IMG/VR virus record: IMGVR_UViG_3300020252_000104
Location: 1 to 24,647 of that record
Origin: a virus
Taxonomy: Duplodnaviria; Caudoviricetes
DNA length: 24,647 nucleotides
Reading direction: 5' to 3' (one strand)
Part shown: positions 18,319 through 24,647 of the stretch, piece after piece
How positions within the stretch are numbered: the stretch's first letter is position 1
Layout: the number at the start of each line of letters is the position of its first letter
Notes under the pieces: generated by a model
Databases searched by the model: none
What the model was told of the DNA's origin: nothing
The model's input: only the letters and a program-made list of their open reading frames with translations
Position numbers and translations under genes: made by a program

Positions 18319-20064
18319 ATGAGTATTATTGTATCTGTAGCTCGTGGACATAATGCGAGCACCACTCTCCTTGTCAATGGAGAAATTGTTTTTTATCTTG
18401 AAGAAGAGAGACTTTCTAGATTAAAGAGGGACGGAACTCCCTTTATGGGTTTGGCTAAAGTGTTTGATTACGTAGATCATATTGATGATCTAGTCGTTTG
18501 TCATACTCACCGCCAGGGAGCACAAGCCGATTGGACTGGTGAAGACATTTATTTAAATTTTGTGAGAAAGTTCACGAAGAAAAAATTTAAATTTCATACT
18601 ACATTCATTGATACTATCCATCATCAATTACATGCAGAATGTGCATTTGTTAATTCTGGATTTGATGATGCCGCCTGTGTTGTAGTTGATGGTGCAGGAT
18701 CTTTCTTAAAAGGTGAAGGTATTGAAGATACTGTTTTTGAATTTGAATCAATTTTTGAAGCCAAAAAACCATTAAGAGTTAAAACTGCTTTTAGGCATCT
18801 AGGAACTAAATCACCAATTGGAGTTATGGTCAGTGGAAATGACCTTGTCACTGAGTATCCCGGTATTGTTAAAGAATACGAATCAGTAACTAGATATTGT
18901 GGATTCTCTTCAATTGATGCTGGAAAAACCATGGGTCTTTCTCCTTATGGGAAAGAGAATCCGCAGATTCCTGAGATGTTCCCTGGTGGATATGGCAATA
19001 GAGATCTTTTTATACCAGACTATCCTAATGGATCTACTATTAATGTTTCTAGATATAAAATTCTTAGTGATGATGCGCGAGAACACAAGACTGGTGAATA
19101 CACTCAGGTTCAAAAAGATTTAGCATATGCAATTCAAAGGGAGAGTGAAGAACAAGTTTGTAGACTTATTCAACTAGCTGCCACAAAAACAGGTAAAACA
19201 AATATTTGTATATCTGGTGGATATGGATTGAATTGTGTAGCAAATTATAAATTTAAGAAGAGGTTCCCTGAACTCAATATCTATGTTGAACCTATCTCTC
19301 ACGATGGAGGAACATCTATAGGAGGTGCTTATCATCTTTACTACAATAGAACGAAGAAAAAGTTTAGAGATTTACCCAACATTCATCCTCCTAAAGATCT
19401 ATATTATGGTCCAAAATGTGATCCTCAAACATACCTAGATGATATTCCTGAAGATTTAGCTACAGTAACTGATACCTCTTATGCTGATGTTGCAAAACTA
19501 ATTCGTGATGGGAATATTGTAACTATCTTCCAAGGAAAATCTGAAGGAGGTCCTCGCGCACTTGGCAACAGATCTATTCTTTTTGATCCTACTATCAAAG
19601 ATGGTAAGGACATTGTGAACAAAGTAAAGCGTCGTGAATTTTTCCGTCCGTTTGCTTGTTCTGTTCTTGCTGAAAAGGCAAAAGACTGGTTTGATCTTGC
19701 GGGCATGGATGAATCTCCACATATGATGTATGCTGTAGATTGTTTACCTGGCGTTGAAGAGAAAATCCCTTCTGTTATCCATGTTGATGGTACTTGTAGG
19801 ATTCAAACAGTTACAGAGGAACAGAATGATCATTATTATAAATTGATCAGTGCATTTGAAAAACTCTCAGATACTCCTATCTTATTCAATACTTCATTTA
19901 ACCTTGGTGGAGATCCTCTGGTTGAAACTATTGAAGATGCTATCCTTACTTTGAGTAATAGTGAATTGAATTATATGTATCTCCCAGAGATACAAAAACT
20001 TGTCTATGTAGAAACAACTCAAACGGATTACGAACCATGGGAAATTGCATCAACAATAAACTAA
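18319..20064 (+). CDS. Carbamoyltransferase, NodU/CmcH/TobZ family
   Basis: EEERLSRLK, HHQLHA, VVDGAG, GKTMGLSPYG, SGGYGLNCVAN, HDGGTSIG, EGGPRALGNRSIL, VKRREFFRPFA, HVDGTCRIQTV, NTSFNLGGDP. Confidence 0.95.
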   Translation: MSIIVSVARGHNASTTLLVNGEIVFYLEEERLSRLKRDGTPFMGLAKVFDYVDHIDDLVVCHTHRQGAQADWTGEDIYLNFVRKFTKKKFKFHTTFIDTIHHQLHAECAFVNSGFDDAACVVVDGAGSFLKGEGIEDTVFEFESIFEAKKPLRVKTAFRHLGTKSPIGVMVSGNDLVTEYPGIVKEYESVTRYCGFSSIDAGKTMGLSPYGKENPQIPEMFPGGYGNRDLFIPDYPNGSTINVSRYKILSDDAREHKTGEYTQVQKDLAYAIQRESEEQVCRLIQLAATKTGKTNICISGGYGLNCVANYKFKKRFPELNIYVEPISHDGGTSIGGAYHLYYNRTKKKFRDLPNIHPPKDLYYGPKCDPQTYLDDIPEDLATVTDTSYADVAKLIRDGNIVTIFQGKSEGGPRALGNRSILFDPTIKDGKDIVNKVKRREFFRPFACSVLAEKAKDWFDLAGMDESPHMMYAVDCLPGVEEKIPSVIHVDGTCRIQTVTEEQNDHYYKLISAFEKLSDTPILFNTSFNLGGDPLVETIEDAILTLSNSELNYMYLPEIQKLVYVETTQTDYEPWEIASTIN

Positions 20065-20465
20065 TTTGGTGTAATGGAACGTTTGATATACTTCACCCAG
20101 GTCATATAGAGTTATTTAAAACTGCTAAAAATCTGGGCGATAAGTTGATTGTAGCTACGGATAGTGATGAAAAAATCCGAAAGGATAAAGGTGAGCATCG
20201 CCCTATGAATGATTTGTGCTCAAGGTTAGCGATGCTCTCTGCAATTAAGTATATTGATGATGTATTGTTTTTCAATGATAGAAAGCATCTTGAAGACTTA
20301 ATTAAATTATATTCTCCTGATATTATATTATTGGGAAGTGATTGGGAAAATGGTGATGTTGTTGGTAGAGAGTATGCTAAAGAAGTTAGATTCCTTCCAA
20401 GGTATGGTGGATACTCCAGTACTAAAATTATTGAGAAAATAAATGAAAGTTCTTCTACTCGGTGA
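20037..20465 (+). CDS. hldC: Heptose 1-phosphate adenylyltransferase-like (HldE/RfaE domain II; HxGH nucleotidyltransferase)
   Basis: NGTFDILHPGH, GDKLIVATDSD, KGEHRP, GYSSTKII; adjacent to the RfaE kinase domain. Confidence 0.8.
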   Translation: MGNCINNKLIWCNGTFDILHPGHIELFKTAKNLGDKLIVATDSDEKIRKDKGEHRPMNDLCSRLAMLSAIKYIDDVLFFNDRKHLEDLIKLYSPDIILLGSDWENGDVVGREYAKEVRFLPRYGGYSSTKIIEKINESSSTR

Positions 20466-21189
20466 TAGTTGTGAAGATGAATACATTTATGGCAGGTGTG
20501 AGCGTATTAGTCCAGAAGCACCTGTTCCAGTTTTAAAGTATGCAAAGATAAAAACTAAACCTGGAATGGCAGGTAACGTTTGTTTAAATCTTCAAGCATT
20601 TGGTATTGATGTAACTTTTTTAACTAACTCTGAAAGCATAGTTAAAACTAGATTCATTGATGAAAAATCAAATCAACAAATTTTAAGAATGGATAATGAA
20701 GAAAAGGTAAAACCTCTTCTTGTTCCTGTGTCTACTAGTAGTTTTGATGCTGTTGTAATTTCTGATTATAATAAAGGTTATCTGACCTATGATAAGATTG
20801 ATGAAATTGTAGAAAGTTCTTCTTGTCCTGTTTTTATTGATAGTAAAAAAACGATTCTTCCTAATAAAGAAAATTGTTTTGTTAAAATTAACGATTTAGA
20901 ATATGAAAATCTGAGAGAGGATTGTCATATTGATAACTTAATTGTTACTAAGGGATCTGAAGGTTGTGTTTATAAACAAACTCTATATCCTGCAGAAAAA
21001 GTAAATGTTTATGATGTCGTAGGTGCAGGAGATACATTTTTGTCTGCTCTTGTATATGGATACATAACTTGTGGAGATATTGAGTATTCTTTAATGCTTG
21101 GTAATAGAGCTGCTGCTAAAGCAGTTCAACAACCTGGAACTTATATTTTAACTGAGGATGATATAGATGAGATATTGCATAGACATTGA
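20443..21189 (+). CDS. hldA: Heptose 7-phosphate kinase (HldE/RfaE domain I, PfkB family)
   Basis: LLLGD..DEYIYG..RISPEAPVPV, GMAGNV..NL, KTRF, VVISDYNKG, VYDVVGAGDTF. Confidence 0.9.
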   Translation: MKVLLLGDSCEDEYIYGRCERISPEAPVPVLKYAKIKTKPGMAGNVCLNLQAFGIDVTFLTNSESIVKTRFIDEKSNQQILRMDNEEKVKPLLVPVSTSSFDAVVISDYNKGYLTYDKIDEIVESSSCPVFIDSKKTILPNKENCFVKINDLEYENLREDCHIDNLIVTKGSEGCVYKQTLYPAEKVNVYDVVGAGDTFLSALVYGYITCGDIEYSLMLGNRAAAKAVQQPGTYILTEDDIDEILHRH

Positions 21190-21496
21190 TGGAACAATTT
21201 GTAGTCCAACTGTAGGGAGGAACTATCATGAAGCACAACCTTGGTATGATAGAATAGAAAGAGTGAATAAAATGTATGATGAGGGTCATTACATAATCTA
21301 CTTCACTGCGAGAGCGATGGGTAGATTTGCAGGTGATCCTGATGCAGCATCTAAAGCAACTGTATTAATGAAGGATTTAACTACAGAACAGTTAAATACT
21401 TGGGGGTGTAAATACCATGAATTAATTCTTGGTAAACCACACGCCGATCTATTCATCGACGATAAAGGAATTAACTGCGATGACTTCTTCAATTAA
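21167..21496 (+). CDS. Minimal HAD-superfamily phosphatase
   Basis: YCIDIDGTI (DxDGT), FTAR, GKP and FIDDK motifs; lacks the GmhB DRDG and Zn-binding motifs. Confidence 0.8.
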   Translation: MRYCIDIDGTICSPTVGRNYHEAQPWYDRIERVNKMYDEGHYIIYFTARAMGRFAGDPDAASKATVLMKDLTTEQLNTWGCKYHELILGKPHADLFIDDKGINCDDFFN

Positions 21497-21833
21497 ATAT
21501 GTTCCCAAGGGTTGGGGATATGAGAAGTGGATTGTAAACAATGATTCTTACTGCGGAAAACTTTTGTTCATTGAAAAAAATAAAAGATGTTCTTGGCATT
21601 ATCATAAAGTAAAAGATGAGACCTTCTATTTACAGAGTGGTCTCATCTCATTGTACTATGGTTATGATGATGATTTGGCAAAAGCAGAACTTATCGTCCT
21701 CACTCCAGGTGAAAAGTTTCATGTTCCAATTGGATTAAGGCATCAAATGGTTGCTTTGGAAAATGCCGAATTGTTTGAATTTTCAACTCAGCATTTTGAT
21801 GAAGATAGTTATAGAGTAATTAAAGGAGATTAA
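21480..21833 (+). CDS. Cupin protein (sugar-phosphate isomerase-like)
   Basis: VPKGWGYEKWI, CSWHYHKVKDETFY, HVPIGLRHQM cupin metal motifs; ATG 21480 preferred over track start 21429. Confidence 0.8.
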   Translation: MTSSIKYVPKGWGYEKWIVNNDSYCGKLLFIEKNKRCSWHYHKVKDETFYLQSGLISLYYGYDDDLAKAELIVLTPGEKFHVPIGLRHQMVALENAELFEFSTQHFDEDSYRVIKGD

Positions 21834-22414
21834 TGCTTCAAACACTGACCCACAATTATTATTCAATAATTGATCCACCTAACGTGGAGGAATTATTGGA
21901 TGCGGTGGAGAATGCAAATCTTATGGATGAGCAAGAATTTACTTGGACTGATGGTTGTCTTATTGAAGTGGAAAGGTTAAATCTTAATGATAATTTTTTT
22001 AATTTGATAAGACCATCTTTAAGTATATTTTTTGATGAGTTAAATATAGATCCAACAAATCTTGGTGTACATTGCCATGAAGTCTGGAGAAATACTTATA
22101 AGAAAAATTTTTTCCAGGAAATCCATGATCATACTCCTATGACTTTATCTGGAGTTTTATTTCTAACGGATCAAGATCAAGATGATGGTGGTATGTTCTT
22201 CTTTTACAATGAAGGATTTAAAGAAGTTCCTTCAGAATTAAGAGAATTAAATTTTTCTGGGTGTAGGGAATATATTTTTTCCAAAAGGGGTAGAGTATTA
22301 TTATTTCCATCATATATGTTACATGGAGTAACTAGATATAAATCAGATATCCCAAGAAAAACAGTATCATTTAATATAATACTTCGTCCTAACATTCAAG
22401 ATACTGAGGAATAG
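21833..22414 (+). CDS. 2-oxoglutarate/Fe(II)-dependent oxygenase-like protein
   Basis: WRNTY..FQEIHDH..LSGVLF, GRVLLFPSYMLHGV, RKTVSFNI; TAATG coupling to the cupin gene. Confidence 0.85.
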   Translation: MLQTLTHNYYSIIDPPNVEELLDAVENANLMDEQEFTWTDGCLIEVERLNLNDNFFNLIRPSLSIFFDELNIDPTNLGVHCHEVWRNTYKKNFFQEIHDHTPMTLSGVLFLTDQDQDDGGMFFFYNEGFKEVPSELRELNFSGCREYIFSKRGRVLLFPSYMLHGVTRYKSDIPRKTVSFNIILRPNIQDTEE

Positions 22415-23180
22415 TTTTAAATTTATAGTCCCCCCATAGTTTTTTCGCACAAGTGTAATCTTGATATTTACCTTTTAAATGGTCGGGAAATGGAATGTAT
22501 TCTATATCTCCGCCATATTTTTTTATGCAGCATTCTGCAACAAATTGAAAACTAACAGGAGCACTAGTACCTAAATCATAGATACCAGATTTCTTTCCAT
22601 TACCTAATACTAGATCTACAATATCATCAACACAGATAAAATCTCTCAGATAATTTTCAGATCCTTCAAAGAGTTTTAGTTTACCAGTTTCTTTGATTTG
22701 CTTTGTAAACTTACTTACAGGGCTTGCTTGATCTGCTTTGTGATTCTCACCATCACCATACACATTGAAGTACCTGAATCCTTGAATAAGTGGAAACTCC
22801 TTCATGTGATCTTCTACCCAATAATCAATAGTTACTTTGGATAGTGCATAATAATTTAGAGGATTAATAATACCTGTTTGATTTCCATACACAGATGCTG
22901 ATGAAGCATACTTCACAGGTATATTATACTTAGCAGCCATTGTAAATAACCATTGACTAAAGTCAATGTTATATTCATAAATTTTATCTAGATTAGTTTC
23001 GGTTGTTGATGATATTGCACCTTGATGAATGATCATCTCAACATCATTCCAACTATTAAAATAGTTACGAAAGTATGAGCAATCATTTTGCTCCACTCCA
23101 AGAACTTTTTTACCTAATTTTACCAAGGCAGTATCAAATTTTTTACCAATAAAACCTTTGTGACCTGTGAGAATAATCAT
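22389..23180 (-). CDS. hldD: ADP-L-glycero-D-manno-heptose 6-epimerase (extended SDR)
   Basis: MIILTGHKGFIG Rossmann start at 23180, HQGAISSTTE, YASSASVYG, PLNYYALSK, RYFNVYGDGENHK, RDFICVDD, YIPFPDHLKGKYQDYTCA. Confidence 0.9.
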   Translation of the reverse strand: MIILTGHKGFIGKKFDTALVKLGKKVLGVEQNDCSYFRNYFNSWNDVEMIIHQGAISSTTETNLDKIYEYNIDFSQWLFTMAAKYNIPVKYASSASVYGNQTGIINPLNYYALSKVTIDYWVEDHMKEFPLIQGFRYFNVYGDGENHKADQASPVSKFTKQIKETGKLKLFEGSENYLRDFICVDDIVDLVLGNGKKSGIYDLGTSAPVSFQFVAECCIKKYGGDIEYIPFPDHLKGKYQDYTCAKKLWGDYKFKTIPQYLEC

Positions 23181-23187
23181 ATAAATA
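23180..23187 (+). promoter_or_regulatory. T4 late promoter TATAAATA
   Basis: Perfect consensus 30 nt before ATG 23218; overlaps the minus-strand hldD start codon by 1 nt. Confidence 0.75.
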
Positions 23188-23217
23188 CTTAAAATTGTTG
23201 TATTCGGTTGATATAGG

Positions 23218-24647
23218 ATGGCGTTTGGACTTCTTAATTCTATTATACCAGATCCTGGGACGGTACTCAACCTTTACACTGGTCCTGCAGGAAAATTGAC
23301 TGTAGGTAAGATAACTATTAATAGTAAAAATTATAATCCTTCTAGAATTCAGATTGGATATAAAGATGGTAATAATATAAGATATTTTGAATATAATAGA
23401 TCTATTAAATACGGAGAAACAATTCAAACTGAAGATATTTATTTGGGTGCGGGGCAAGAATTGGTAGTTAAATCTACAGAAACAGATGTAAACTTTTTAT
23501 TTTATGGGCAAACACAGAGTGATACAGTAAATCCAGTAAGGTCTGGCGTACTCAATCATGTTTCTTCAGTTGGTACAACTAAACAGATAATTTATACCGC
23601 ACCTCAAGGATCTCAAACTGAATCTACAATTTCAATTGTTAATTTAGGTCCTGATGTATCTACTGTGAAGTTAGGCATCTCTAATGCAGGATTAAATGAT
23701 TTTGACTCAACTGAATATATTGATTATGGTTTTGATATTGGACCTGGTCAGACATATACTAGACCTGGAATTAAATTAAGTGCCGGTCAATCTTTGATAG
23801 GATTCTCAAATACTGGATCTAATATATCTTTCCTTTCTCATGGTATACTATACTATCAGGCAACTGGTTTACCCACTAGTGATGATCTGATGGTTCTTGG
23901 TGATTCAAGAATCACTGGTAATCTAGGTATTGGTAGAACAGCAGAATATAAGTTAGATGTTCTGGGTGATACTAGAATCTCTGGAGTTACTACAATAGGA
24001 GATAATCTAACTGTTGGTGGTGGATTGGAAGTTGTGGGAATGTCTACATTCTCAGGCATCTCCGTTAATTCTGGAAATATTAGTATTACTAGTATCGATA
24101 CTAATAGACTGTTTCAGACTGGTATTGCAACTTTTAGAGGTAGTACTATAATTGACGGTGAGGAAGCAAAATTCCAAACAAGTTATTTCAGATCACTGGC
24201 AAATCAAATAGTATTGGGTTACAGTACCTCCACCACTTTTAGGGGTTATGGTACTGCTAATACTAATGTTGTTAATATGAATCAAACATGGATGACATCT
24301 GATGAGTTAAGTAATACTAAAGATTTACTTGATGGTGCTACACTTTCTCTTGTAAGTAGTGAAAATGGATTACTGACATTAGACTCTGGAACAACTATTC
24401 AGTCAAAAACTTTTGATTCTGAGGGTAAGTTAGCTTCTCTTACACTTTCAAATAATTTTGGTGGATCAGGTTTTGGTATTTGTACTTTCTCAATAAATGG
24501 ACCCGCAGATGCGAGTGCAAATAATGGTGGTATAGTGATTAAAGGGACATCTGATAAACATTTTCTCTATCGACAATCATCAGGTTGCTTTGAGTCTTCA
24601 GATGGTATAAAAATTAATACTGGAGATTTAAAATTTTCCGGTGGAGG
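23218..24647 (+). CDS. Putative tail fibre/structural protein, 5' part (at least 476 aa; absent from the ORF track)
   Basis: Translated by hand: MAFGLLNSIIPDPG... open to the window end; two tandem copies of the 13869 domain, then GNLGIGRTAEYKLDVLGDTRISGVTT resembling the 8930 protein. Confidence 0.85.
   Translation, partial: MAFGLLNSIIPDPGTVLNLYTGPAGKLTVGKITINSKNYNPSRIQIGYKDGNNIRYFEYNRSIKYGETIQTEDIYLGAGQELVVKSTETDVNFLFYGQTQSDTVNPVRSGVLNHVSSVGTTKQIIYTAPQGSQTESTISIVNLGPDVSTVKLGISNAGLNDFDSTEYIDYGFDIGPGQTYTRPGIKLSAGQSLIGFSNTGSNISFLSHGILYYQATGLPTSDDLMVLGDSRITGNLGIGRTAEYKLDVLGDTRISGVTTIGDNLTVGGGLEVVGMSTFSGISVNSGNISITSIDTNRLFQTGIATFRGSTIIDGEEAKFQTSYFRSLANQIVLGYSTSTTFRGYGTANTNVVNMNQTWMTSDELSNTKDLLDGATLSLVSSENGLLTLDSGTTIQSKTFDSEGKLASLTLSNNFGGSGFGICTFSINGPADASANNGGIVIKGTSDKHFLYRQSSGCFESSDGIKINTGDLKFSGG

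Noticed and set aside
17821-18351. 176-aa minus-strand ORF and the other short nested or antisense ORFs in the track
   Set aside because: They overlap well-supported genes and show no recognisable motifs or expression signals
17180-23180. Bacterial chromosomal LPS core locus
   Set aside because: Flanked by phage fibre genes with T4 late promoters; compact overlapping genes; no lipid A, Kdo or transport genes
23181-23270. Track's longer N-terminus for hldD (start 23270) and minus-strand ORF 23143..23457
   Set aside because: The Rossmann motif begins at Met 23180; the extension would overlap the late promoter and the real + strand gene at 23218
1-24647. CRISPR arrays, tRNA/rRNA genes, transposases, integrases, introns or inteins
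   Set aside because: None recognised; intergenic gaps are all under about 125 nt and the repeats are coding

Overview
AT-rich, gene-dense segment of a T4-like marine myovirus, most consistent with a large Synechococcus/Prochlorococcus cyanomyovirus. Support: T4-type late promoter cores (TATAAATA/xTAAATA) precede most structural genes, and the fibre motifs, carbamoyltransferase and 2OG-Fe(II) oxygenase are typical of cyanophages. Bases 1-17084 form a hypervariable late block of putative virion/tail-fibre genes: a collagen-like protein, a subtilisin S8 protease, three paralogues sharing an N-terminal module (two with Ig-like repeats and Gly-rich tips), a fibre protein with a cupredoxin-like site, a 1227-aa structural protein, and two very Cys-rich paralogues flanking a chaperone-like gene. 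Bases 17180-23180 form an enzyme cassette behind a near-consensus sigma70 promoter set inside an inverted repeat: GT9-like heptosyltransferase, NodU/CmcH carbamoyltransferase, split HldE (adenylyltransferase and kinase), HAD phosphatase, cupin, 2OG-Fe(II) oxygenase and a convergent HldD epimerase. A further structural ORF starts at 23218 and runs off the window. The leading hypothesis is a phage ADP-heptose synthesis/transfer/tailoring system whose acceptor may be the phage's own fibres, which carry a recurrent G-[IV]-x-T motif not found in the enzymes. All assignments are from motif recognition by eye; no searches were run.
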